Source of the DNA: Octopus bimaculoides
Taxonomy: Eukaryota
DNA: 64,000 nucleotides
Direction: 5' to 3'
Assembly: GCF_001194135.2 (NCBI RefSeq)
Contig: NC_068981.1
Span: forward strand, 156,776,593 to 156,840,592
Below are positions 48,170-59,807 of the stretch, one piece after another. The translations under genes and the position numbers were made by a program. The notes beneath the pieces were generated by a model that was not told the DNA's origin, searched no databases, and saw only the letters and a program-made list of their open reading frames with translations. Position 1 is the first letter of the stretch. Each line of letters starts with the position of its first letter.

Positions 48170-48911
48170 CTGAATACGAGTGCTGTGCAGTTTCCACTAA
48201 GCTACATGGAGTTGCATATTTTGAAAGTATCTTTTTGCCAGAACCATCCGTTAAATGAGAAATTGGTTTGGAAGGTCGTATTTGGAAATTCTTACTCACT
48301 TCATCCATATCAAGAACCACAGAAGAAAGTTTGTGATGCAGATTATTGTTAATACGTTCCTGACGAAATACTTTCGTTTCCATGGAATGTAATGCTCTAA
48401 TCAACTGGGTGAGATTAGTTTTTAAAGTGTTCAAACCAGTATCGATGTGATCTATTTCCATATCATGTCCCTTTACATTACTTTCGTATAAATTTGCTCG
48501 TTCACGCTCCACTTTTTGCATTTCTTGAAGATATTGCAAGCGCTGGGTCAAGAACGCCAAACGTCTTCTGCAAACACCGCTGCTTTTGTCATTTGTCGTA
48601 GATGTCTCTGATGACGTAGCTTCAACATCGAAGAAATAATCCCCACTCTCCGGATTTATTCCTGGTTCGTTAAAAACTTCATCTTCATCATCTGTCCGTT
48701 TATCGGCAAAAGATTTGTTTACATTTGTTTTGTTACTGGGTGTCAAAATTGGACAAAGGGGTGCGCTGCGACGGTTCACAACGATGGTGTATGAACAGGA
48801 CTCTGTTCTAATAGTTGTTTGTTTTGTGTAATTTTTAGCTTTTACTAAGCAGAGGCAGAAAACAAGAAGTGTGATTTGTAATTTCTGGTGAAATATATCT
48901 CCAAAAGTCAT
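48170..48911 (-). CDS. Coding exon 1 of a secreted angiopoietin-like / fibrinogen-related protein (signal peptide, CSYT Cys motif, coiled coil)
   Basis: The ORF track starts at a TTG (48920), but the first ATG is 48911, with an in-frame TGA shortly upstream. Translation shows a hydrophobic leader (ITLLVFCLCLVKA), ESCSYTIVVNRRSAPLC, an acidic linker and a heptad-rich region (LAFLTQRLQYLQEMQ...LNTLKTNLTQLIRALHSME). Splice donor TCA G|GTAAG at 48170/48169 is phase 1. Confidence 0.88.
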
Positions 48912-51099
48912 ACTTCTCAAATGGAAGGAACTGGCGATAGATCAGGAATAAACAGCTTTGAATAAATCTTCGTGTGAAAAAAAAAGAAAAAGAAATTAAT
49001 TTCAAGGATATTATGTGATGACTGAATTCGTAAATAAATATTTTTTTTACTTGAAGGTCAAAAATAAACAGAGCCTTAGGTATGGAAATATAGACACTGC
49101 AGAAAAATGAAAAACATGAAGGGCGGTGTAAATAATCCAGTAATAACGTATGTTTTCAACAGTTGGTGCAAAACAAAATGTATAGAAAACCTCAAGCCAA
49201 AAAACGATGTCTAACAGATGTTAATTTTGTGAGAATGCTGCATCAGGTTTTCTGGTTCGTTTCATTAATTTTAAGTTAAGCTGTTTACTAGCGCCGACTA
49301 ATATAAAGCTGTGTTAGGCTAGCTTTTAGTCAGCTGGCCGCCCTTCAATTTAAATGGGATACACCCACTGTCAAGGTGTTTTGTTTATGTTGAAAAGGTA
49401 TATCAACTTAAATCTAGATTATATAATTTATTAAACATCATAATTACTGAATTCCCTGCATTAGTATCATCATCTCCACCCCCAACTACTAAAAACAACA
49501 TCATCAGCAGAGGTAGCTGCAGACACTGCAGTAGAAGCAGTTTCTATTTTGATTGTCAACGCAATTTTTTGTTATTACTTAAAACAGTTATTTTAGAGAT
49601 GATATTATCGTTTTTCCTGTTATCGCCATACTACTAAGATTACAGTCTCACTGTCATCATCACCCTTACTATAATTCCCACTACCATTACTACGATTTCT
49701 AACCCCCATCGCCTCTTCCACAATAATAACGAACACAGCATACTTTTACAACCTGCCAAATCAAAATCCGGGGTGTATAGTCTATTTAGATTGAAGCGCC
49801 TGTCATTTTATTTCGCGCCAAAATACAAGGAATGATACCGCTGTATCTTAAAAGAGAAGGAGGAAGGGCAAACTGTGTTGGTTAATAAATATGACGGGTA
49901 GTTTTCTCTTCAGCTCTCTCTCTCTGTTAGTAATTGTGCTATAATAGTAAGGAAATTGCACGTTGCTATGCTATCGATAGTTGCGACTCCTATTTTAAAG
50001 CTATTTGACTTCAACTATGTAAACCATGATTGTCACAACGTCTTATTTACCATCTTAAAATATCGGATGTCACACCGAGGGACAAGCTTTAATACTTTAA
50101 TGACTTATTGTTCTAAGCTCAAATGCCACTGGGAACAACTTTACTTTTTATCCCTTCAAGCTCCCAAACTGACGATGCTATTCTGTTACACATGTAATGC
50201 CTTATGCCAGTGTGTTATGTCTTCATTGGTGTTCATTTTTTTGTTCTTGTTTTTGTTGTTTATTTGTTGTTAAGATTCTTTCCAGTATATTCATCAAAAG
50301 TAATTTTGATTAGTTTTACACTAACTAAAACTCTCTTTATTTTACTTTGATTTTATCTATTAAGATTATTTGTGTCTTTCCCTTTATTTTCTGCTGCTAT
50401 TTGCCCTGAAAGCAAAGCATAGGAGTTATTTCCTCTTCCTTAATAAAATTAAGCATTGGTTTCTGTGGAAAACCTCTTCGGGAAGAGGTATTTCTTAATT
50501 TTTTCATCCACCAAACATTATCAGACATGTAACTTAAACAAAATGGACATCCACTGTATGGATGTCAATTTAATTTAATTGAGTTATAACTCAATCAAAT
50601 TGGAATTTTCTTACAAAGTGAGAAATTTTTGTTAAGAACTTTTTACATGCATCATTCTGTACAATACTTCTTAACTTATCTAAATTCAAGTCATTCGACC
50701 ATTTTAATTATTTGCCATATTCATTTAATTTTTTAAACTCTAAAACATGAACCTAATCGCTTTTCTTGTATTGTAGAGATTAATAAACATGAGTGTCTTC
50801 TAACAGTGCACAACAGTTGGCCTGGGGCTTTGGGAATTAAATGCATTGGTGGTAAAAGTGCATAGGTCATAGATACAGCACAACGCTGGTCACAGTATAC
50901 GACCTGCTTACCCTCCTTTCGAGGCGTTTCTTTTTTCTAGTATATTGACTTCGTCATCAGAAACTGACAAAGAGAAACGCTTGTCAGTTCTGTCTGTCCT
51001 GAAGAAGTGATTAATATTTAGAAAAAAGAAAGAAAAGAGAGGAATAGAGAGAGAAAGGGAAAATTTTATGTACATACATACATACATACATACATACAT

Positions 51100-51163
<64 letters not shown>

Positions 51164-51999
51164 NNNNNNNNNNNNNNNNNNNNNNNNNNNNNNNNNNNNN
51201 NNNNNNNNNNNNNNNNNNNNNNNNNNNNNNNNNNNNNNNNNNNNNNNNNNNNNNNNNNNNNNNNNNNNNNNNNNNNNNNNNNNNNNNNNNNNNNNNNNNN
51301 NNNNNNNNNNNNNNNNNNNNNNNNNNNNNNNNNNNNNNNNNNNNNNNNNNNNNNNNNNNNNNNNNNNNNNNNNNNNNNNNNNNNNNNNNNNNNNNNNNNN
51401 NNNNNNNNNNNNNNNNNNNNNNNNNNNNNNNNNNNNNNNNNNNNNNNNNNNNNNNNNNNNNNNNNNNNNNNNNNNNNNNNNNNNNNNNNNNNNNNNNNNN
51501 NNNNNNNNNNNNNNNNNNNNNNNNNNNNNNNNNNNNNNNNNNNNNNNNNNNNNNNNNNNNNNNNNNNNNNNNNNNNNNNNNNNNNNNNNNNNNNNNNNNN
51601 NNNNNNNNNNNNNNNNNNNNNNNNNNNNNNNNNNNNNNNNNNNNNNNNNNNNNNNNNNNNNNNNNNNNNNNNNNNNNNNNNNNNNNNNNNNNNNNNNNNN
51701 NNNNNNNNNNNNNNNNNNNNNNNNNNNNNNNNNNNNNNNNNNNNNNNNNNNNNNNNNNNNNNNNNNNNNNNNNNNNNNNNNNNNNNNNNNNNNNNNNNNN
51801 NNNNNNNNNNNNNNNNNNNNNNNNNNNNNNNNNNNNNNNNNNNNNNNNNNNNNNNNNNNNNNNNNNNNNNNNNNNNNNNNNNNNNNNNNNNNNNNNNNNN
51901 NNNNNNNNNNNNNNNNNNNNNNNNNNNNNNNNNNNNNNNNNNNNNNNNNNNNNNNNNNNNNNNNNNNNNNNNNNNNNNNNNNNNNNNNNNNNNNNNNNN

Positions 52000-52316
52000 G
52001 TGAAATTAACGTGCAAGTGACTGAGCACTCCACAGATACGTGTACCGTTAACGTAGTTCTCGGGGATATTCAACGTGACACAGTGTGACAAGGCTGACCC
52101 TTTGAATTACAGGCACAACAGAAACAGGAAGAAAGAGTGAGAGAAAGTTGTGGTGAAAGAGTACAACCGGGTTCGCAACCATCCCCTGCCGGAACCTCAT
52201 GGAGCATTAGGTGTTTTCGCTCAATAAACACTCATAACGCCCCGTCTGGGAATTGAAACCGCGACCCTATGACCGCGAATCCGCTGCCCTAACCACTGGG
52301 CCATTGCGCCTCCACA
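52000..52316 (-). mobile_element. SINE family C (3' end lost in a gap)
   Basis: Reverse complement of 16897-17210, including the tRNA head TGTGGAGGCGCAATGGCCCAGTGGTTAGGGCAGCGG. Confidence 0.88.
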
Positions 52317-52558
52317 GGTCGCCGACAATGGACTTGGACTAATAAGCATTTAGATCAATACAATATGCACTTGTCTATATCACATCTATGGTAAATCCAC
52401 GTTGAGAAAAACATGAACACCACGCAATCTCGATCATTCAACACCACTATATAAAACTTATATATCACGAGTTATCGAAGCAGTCTCCATACTCTCCATG
52501 CCAAACTTACAGCCAAGTTTCCTTCGAATTTTACCCAACCGTCTCAAAATTGGATGAA

Positions 52559-53124
52559 TACAAAGTCTTATCAAAAAGTATCGGGACTGGTGCTATAAAA
52601 AGAAACTACAACACATATCAATTCGGCATTTAATATCTTTCGAAGGGGTCCCCTTCTGAAGCTACACACTTTATCCAGTGTCGTTTCCATTGATGGAAGC
52701 ATTCCTGGAACTGCCTTTTTGAGGATAACGAGCCGCTGCCTCGTCGCGTTCTCTTGGATTCCATCTATGTCTTCAAATCTTCCTTTCAAGAGGGATTTGA
52801 TTTTGGGAAAAAATCTTGACCATAATAACCTTCAATCCGTGTCTCTTTTCACGCACGCACTCAAACTCACACACACGCGCGCACGCATTCGCACGCACAC
52901 TTACTTTCTTCGCCGTGATCACTGATGGAAACTCTGTGATGTAATGAGACGACTGCACTCGACGCACTTTACATCCAAGCACTGCTATAAACAATGAAAT
53001 GAGGGAGAATTTTATAACTTTGTGTCCATACGCGACAGAGTTCAATCTGTGCCAAGCAGCTTCACTGCGTACTTTAGCTCCGTTACCATAGCCACAGTCC
53101 CGATACTTTTTGTCAGACTTCGTA
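52559..53124 (-). mobile_element. Internally deleted (non-autonomous) mariner with both TIRs
   Basis: Left end TACAAAGTCTTATCAAAAAGTATCGGGACTG; right end reverse complement TACGAAGTCTGACAAAAAGTATCGGGACTG. Retains only the transposase C-terminus (LKGRFEDIDGIQENATRQ...CFHQWKRHWIKCVASEGD). Confidence 0.88.
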
Positions 53125-53861
53125 TATCGAATAAATCAATCTTGAATGTAATATGCCAGAAAAAAAGATTGAGATGATCACAATTAAAATGGCGGTTGGA
53201 CGATGGTTCGTCACAGAGAAATATAACTTTCATACATCAGTGTCATCAGAATACAGCAGAAGTCTCAGCATGAAACAAGTTCTAAAACTCTCATAAGAAC
53301 TGCAACTGCCGTGCTCTCTCCGAGTACATCTTGTTTGCATTCGCTGTGGCCACCACCAGAATCTAAAGATGTACAGAAATGGACAGCATAGAAGAGAGAC
53401 TGCAACACATCCACACTGTCGCTGCAATTCATAAGTGCATTTCGAAATGACATTATAGTGCTCAATGAGATAGAGATTTGATTAATTATAAAAACAGATT
53501 TGCAGTGCCGTGTCTAATCGTCTAATCGTCTAATAATCTTAACGTTCAGTTTATTACCTGCGTACCATAGATTTCTTAAACAATATGTCCCCACTGTCAC
53601 ACTGCAGGGTCATATGATTCATCAGTTCATTTTGGATTGTACAGTATGATCTTCAGTTAGCCAGAAGCAAGCATAGTGTGACTGAGACACGTTCTAAATG
53701 TTCCCTCTACTAACTACATATCATAGATCAAAGTTGACAACATAAAATCTTACAAAGTGATGTAGTGTGACTCCTTTTTGTTCTCAGACAACCCATCTTA
53801 CACACCTAATTTACATAATCGTTGTCACACCCTCTATTCATTTTCATTATTTGGAGCTTGA

Positions 53862-54290
53862 AAGTGGCAAGCTGCCAGGGTCGTTAGCACGCCGAGCAAA
53901 ATGCTTAGCATCATTTGGTCTATTTTTACGTTCTGAGTTCTCATTCCACCGAACCAACTTTGCCTCTAATCCTTTTGAGGTTGATAAAATAGGTACCAGT
54001 TAAGTACTGGTGTCGATGTAATCAGTTTACCCCTCCATCTAAATTGCTGGCTTTGTGCCAAAATTTGAAACTAATATTACTAGGTACTTTGAGACGGCGA
54101 GCTAGTAGGATCGTTACTGCGCCGGACAAAATGCTTATCGGCATTTCATTTGACTTTACGTTCTGAGTTCAAATTCCACGGGCGTCGACTTGGCCTTTTA
54201 TCCTTTTAGGGTCGAGGAAGTAAGTAGTAGTTCTGCATTAGGATCAGCTGGCCTTGTACCAAAACTTGAAACCCGTGTTACTAGGTCCTT
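53862..54290 (+). mobile_element. Head-to-tail tandem pair of SINE family B
   Basis: Copies start at GTGGCAAGCTGCCAGGGTCGTTAGCAC (about 53864) and GACGGCGAGCTAGTAGGATCGTTAC (about 54093). Confidence 0.8.
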
Positions 54291-55109
54291 TGAAAGTGGC
54301 GTGAAAGTCCCTCCCAAAATATTCACACAACATTTTTTCTTTTTAGCTTTCACCAAAGAGAGAGAAAATTATTTAATCAGATATATCATAGATATAATAA
54401 TTCAGTGACAGAGCGCCTTAGGGTAAAAGCAAAGCATATGGCGAACCTGTCTGAATTCTTATTTGTAACCATTTCACTTTAATTACTCTTCAGAACTTTT
54501 TCTTCTCTACAAATTAAAAGGCTTGTGCTTAGCGACCATTATATTACATCAAGAAATCCACTGAGGTGTCGGGAACGATAAATCGTTAGGTTTAAACGCC
54601 AGCAAAATTAATTACGTTCTAAGTTCAAATCACGCCGGTTCGACTTCGCCCTTCATCACCTTGGGTGGTCGGTAAAATACGTACCGAACATATATTTGGG
54701 TCGATTCCATCGCCGATAAACTTCCCCTATTAATTAGTACCAAACTAAGGAATTCTTATTTTATATCAATTAAAAAGTTTTATTTCAGCACCAAATCTTA
54801 TATATATACATATNNNNNNNNNNNNNNNNNNNNNNNNNNNNNNNNNNNNNNNNNNNNNNNNNNNNNNNNNNNNNNNNNNNNNNNNNNNNNTATATATATA
54901 TAATTCTGTCTGCCTGTCTTTCTTTTCCATCTGCTTGTTTATTTTATTTTATTTTACTTTATTTTACGTCATTTACTGCCATATTTTTCTTTCCTCTTTC
55001 ATCTGTAAACATTTTAATAATGTCAGCCAACTGCCAACAGGTCTTGTCAGTGACAACGCCTTCTTCACTACATGTATTTGCGTCTACATGTGTATGCGAA
55101 AGTGGGGGA

Positions 55110-55157
<48 letters not shown>
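55110..55157. repeat. (GAAA)n microsatellite
   Basis: Directly visible. Confidence 0.95.
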
Positions 55158-55158
<1 letters not shown>

Positions 55159-55609
55159 CGATCGCGTGTTTGTATAAGTTGTAGTTTATTAGCATCCATC
55201 TTTTTGTTGATACAAAAATGTAAATTTATATCGCAGAAAGTAGTTAAAAAAAATCAACAGTATTTTGTTATAACCAATGGGATGGTATGTAACAAGTATT
55301 ACCTTGTACGAGATACATTGAGTATTTATTTATAACCAATGAGATAACATGAAAGTTATTTTCTCACTACCCTCTCGCTTGCTCTTTCTGTCTCTCCCTC
55401 CCCTTCTCCTTCTTCCTGTTACACACAGATATACACGTAGACACGCAGACACACACGCGCGCGCGCACAGTTCTGGTATTTCAGTTTAACCAATCGGAAT
55501 CTAAGCAACAATCGTTTTCTGATTGTCAGCTGGATTTGAGATTAGCATTCCAAATACGAAGATAAACATTCATAGTCAAAATTATAAACTGTCATAAGTT
55601 TGCATGTAT

Positions 55610-55941
55610 TAAAGTCCTTATATGCAAATGTATGTTTATTGCATGCAAGCTCACATACATACGCACGTACATACATACATACATACATACATACATACAT
55701 ACATACATAACACATATATATAGCATACATATATGCATACATTCATACATATATTTAGGCCCATATATGCAAACGCATGCACATTACATGCATGCACACA
55801 TACATACATACAGACAGACAGACAAACATACCTATATACCTACATACATACATGCATGCATCCATAAATACATATATTAAGGCCCATATATGCAAATGTA
55901 TGTTTATTACATGCATACATACATAACATAACATACATGTA

Positions 55942-55973
<32 letters not shown>

Positions 55974-56130
55974 CACATACATAACATACATACATGCATG
56001 CATGCATATATACATATATTAAAGCCCATGTCTGCAAATACATGTTTATTACATGTATGAATACATACATGCATACATACATACATACATACATACAAAA
56101 ATACATACATGCATACATACATACATACAT
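55610..56130. repeat. (ATAC)n-based array with a higher-order unit of about 120-145 bp (4 units)
   Basis: An AGGCCCATATATGCAAAT-like anchor recurs at 55611, 55756, 55879 and 56021. Confidence 0.8.
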
Positions 56131-56132
56131 AA

Positions 56133-56295
56133 GCGTGACAGTGTTGTAAGAAGTTTGCTTCCCAGTTTCATGGCTCTGAGCTTATTCGACGCACTGCATG
56201 GTACCTTGGACAAGTGTTTTCTACTATTGGTCCAGACTGACCAAAGCCTTGTGGATGGATTTGGTAGACGGAAACTGAAAGAAGCCCATCACGTA
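56133..56295 (+). mobile_element. SINE family A 5' module followed by (GT)n and a gap
   Basis: ACCTTGGACAAGTGTTTTCTACT...GACCAAAGCCTTGTGGATGGATTTGGTAGACGGAAACTGAAAGAAGCCC. Confidence 0.85.
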
Positions 56296-56299
56296 GATA

Positions 56300-56337
<38 letters not shown>

Positions 56338-56957
56338 TGTGTGCGTGTGTGTGTGTGTGTGTGTGTGCGTGTGTGCGTGTGTGCATGCGTGCGTGCGTGT
56401 GTGTGTNNNNNNNNNNNNNNNNNNNNNNNNNNNNNNNNNNNNNNNNNNNNNNNNNNNNNNNNNNNNNNNNNNNNNNNNNNNNNNNNNNNNNNNNNNNNNN
56501 NNNNNNNNNNNNNNNNNNNNNNNNNNNNNNNNNNNNNNNNNNNNNNNNNNNNNNNNNNNNNNNNNNNNNNNNNNNNNNNNNNNNNNNNNNNNNNNNNNNN
56601 NNNNNNNNNNNNNNNNNNNNNNNNNNNNNNNNNNNNNNNNNNNNNNNNNNNNNNNNNNNNNNNNNNNNNNNNNNNNNNNNNNNNNNNNNNNNNNNNNNNN
56701 NNNNNNNNNNNNNNNNNNNNNNNNNNNNNNNNNNNNNNNNNNNNNNNNNNNNNNNNNNNNNNNNNNNNNNNNNNNNNNNNNNNNNNNNNNNNNNNNNNNN
56801 NNNNNNNNNNNNNNNNNNNNNNNNNNNNNNNNNNNNNNNNNNNNNNNNNNNNNNNNNNNNNNNNNNNNNNNNNNNNNNNNNNNNNNNNNNNNNNNNNNNN
56901 NNNNNNNNNNNNNNNNNNNNNNNNNNNNNNNNNNNNNNNNNNNNNNNNNNNNNNNNN

Positions 56958-56999
<42 letters not shown>

Positions 57000-57669
57000 G
57001 TACAGTCAGGTATATATCAACGAAAATGAGCTCAGATAAATAACATAGAGTGACAAGTTGCATGTATATAAACAATAAGCATAAATAAAAGTATATCAAG
57101 TCCCATACAAGATAAATTCATGGTTTATTGAAATTATCTTCTCTTCGATAAAATAGTGCCTTGTTAAGAGTCAAAAGACTGCAGTGAACTTATGTTTGTG
57201 CCTCCACAGGTACCATTACTACAGCAGTTGTCCTACTTTGAATCTAACAGACGAGAGATTAATATCTCTTTAGTTGAACAACAACGAGAGATTAAATATC
57301 TCCTTAGTACTACATCCATGTCTATCTAATCCACATATGCACTCTGTGGGGTACTTATATGTTGTTATCGAGTATATATGAAGTTAATTCATTTTGTACA
57401 CCACCCAATGAGAGATATTGTTCTGGACGCAACATTCTCAAGCAGTTACATGTTAAAAGGTTACATCACGCATATTTCTTTTACATCGATGATCAGAATT
57501 TTCCTGTTTACCGTTTCTTTTTTAAACTGGTGTAACCCCCTCAGCCAAAAACAATTACATACTAAAATAATAAAGAAAGCATTCATAGCCTTCAGGTAAG
57601 TTGGATAATCTAAACGAAAATAGGCCCAGAGAAATAACTCGGAGTAGCCAGAGGCATGAATATAATAAT

Positions 57670-57850
57670 CCCTTCTGTAATAGGCACAAAACCTGAAATT
57701 TGAGGAGAAGGGGCGAATCGATTACATAGACCCCAGTGCTTAACTGGTATTTATTTTATCAACTCCGAAAGGGATGAAAGGCAAAGCCAATATCAGCGTA
57801 ATTTGAACTCAGAACTTAAAGACCGAAAGTAATGCCGTTAAACATTTTGT
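57670..57850 (-). mobile_element. SINE family B
   Basis: Shared family B motifs in reverse orientation. Confidence 0.7.
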
Positions 57851-57964
57851 CCAGCAATTGCCACAAGGATTTCTTTATTCTTCTCTCGAAACGAAGAATT
57901 TATCTTGAATGGCATTTATTATATTTTCATCCAAGTTAATAACACACACACACACACACACACA

Positions 57965-58830
57965 CTAAGAGTTGGTCTATATTTGGCATCAGTCATAACT
58001 TTAATACGTCGAGGAATTGACTCGTACAGGCTCTGAACGGTTTCTAAGGGAATTTGGGGCTATTCTTCAAATAAAAGCTACCTTACTTCTTCAAACGACG
58101 ATGGCAGAAGGAAACGGCTCGTCATTTACTGTTTCAAAATGCATCATAAATGCTCGATTACATTGAAATCCAGTCATTGTGAGGACCAATCCAAGTGGTC
58201 TATTCCCTTTTGTGCCCTTCGTACCAATTTTTGAATAGCACTAGCTGTGTGAATCCTGCTAATTATCATCCACTGCGCATTATCTTCCTAGAAGATTGCA
58301 CTTAGATCAGGGAACAATCTTTGTACCATAGGATGGACATGATCATCTAAAAGACTCAGATAATCAATAGCGTTAACTTTGCCATGAAAAACAACTTAAA
58401 GGGCCAAGAAAATTCCACGATATGGTTGCCCAAATCATCGCAGACCCACCTCCATTTTTCACGATAGGAACCAAATAGTCAGGTCTGAAGGTTTCTTTTG
58501 AATGATCCCTAGACATAATCTTCCCCAGAAGCGAGGAAAAAGTGGTGAATGCTGATTCATCAGAAAAGATGACATTGTTGCATTGAACCATTGACCAGTT
58601 CTGATAATCTAGACACCAGTGTTTCTGTTTAGCAGTGCTGATGGGAAACAGGAGAGGTTTAGCAATTGCAACTCTCCCACGGTATCTAGCTTTATGGAGC
58701 TCACAGCAAGCGGTTTTGGTTAACACAGCGTTAACATAGTAATGGTTTAGCTCTGCTTGCAATTTTGCTGCCATAGTTCGATGGTTTTTAGACAAAATAT
58801 GTTTCAGTATTCTGTGATCTCTGTGTGAGC
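57965..58830 (-). mobile_element. Decayed Tc1-family transposase
   Basis: KNHRTMAAKLQAELN...RGRVAIAKPLL...VIFSDESAFT...PIVKNGGGSAMIWATISW, a degenerate W..QS.D.N.IEHL motif, and IPLETVQSLYESIPRRIKV. Confidence 0.85.
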
Positions 58831-58899
58831 TTTGCCTTCCATCTACCTACCTACCAACCTACATATATACATGCATACATGCATACATATATACATACA

Positions 58900-58931
<32 letters not shown>

Positions 58932-59595
58932 AACATACAAACAAACATACATACATACATACATACATATAAACATACAAACAAACATACATACATACAT
59001 ACATACATACATACATGCATACATACATACGTACATGATGATGGCCGTCCACTCGTGACCGAGGAAGACCATTGCCAACCTTCAGGAACATTGTGCGCTC
59101 TAGGACTAACTTATATTTTGCATTTGCGGCTCCGTTGGTGGCTAATGAGCCCTGCTCTTGACAAGCATACATACGTACGTACATACATACATACATACAT
59201 ACATACATACATACATACATACATACATACATACATACATACATACATACATACATACGTATGTGTATGTGTTAGTGTGCGACTATGCCTATGTGTTGGG
59301 AGATTTATATGAATATATAAATATGTATTACTGAATAATTTATTAGATGTTACGACCAATTTTATTACTTCGCATAAGATTTTTACTCAACTTGTAGTAT
59401 AATCTACTCAATTATAAGAATACTGGGTGCCTGGTAGTAAGATTAGCCATGTAGCAAGAGTAGTACATCACACTACAAACCCAGCGTTTCAAGTGTTTGA
59501 CGTCAAATGCTTTCAGGCTATCATTTTCTGCTTCAATGAACCTGAACATACTCTATTACTATAGTAGTGCCTTCTCAATATGTTTATGATTTTAA

Positions 59596-59807
59596 GGCGG
59601 CGAGCTTGCTGAAACGTTAGCACACCGGGCGAAATGCTTAGCGGTATTTCGTCTGTGTTTACGTTCTGAGTTCAAATCCCGCTGAGGTCGACTTTGGCTT
59701 TCATCTTTCGGGGTCGGTAAGTTAAGTACCAGTTGCGTACTGAGGTCGATCTAATCGACTGGGCTCCCTACAAATTTCAGGCTTTGTGCCTAGAGTAGAA
59801 AAGAATA
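59596..59807 (+). mobile_element. SINE family B, full length
   Basis: GGCGGCGAGCTTGCTGAAACGTTAGCACACCGGGCGAAATGCTTAGCGG...GTTCAAATCCC...CTTTCATCTTTCGGGGTCGGTAAGTTAAGTACCAG...GTGCCTAGAGTAGAAAAG. Confidence 0.88.

Noticed and set aside
49956-50273. 105-aa hydrophobic ORF upstream of the gene, and similar short ORFs at 37737, 59876 and 60457
   Set aside because: No ATG or domain motif in several cases; the composition is explained by AT/T-rich low complexity.
50900-50990. CTGATGA...GAAACG on the minus strand and a 9-bp hairpin (AACTGACAA/TTGTCAGTT)
   Set aside because: No stem II pairing between the core segments, so it is not a hammerhead fold; the short hairpin alone is unremarkable.
2302-57099. 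Long ORFs made mostly of X, or of HT/YI/CV/MYVC repeats
   Set aside because: They span N-gaps or microsatellites and are artefacts of the ORF caller.
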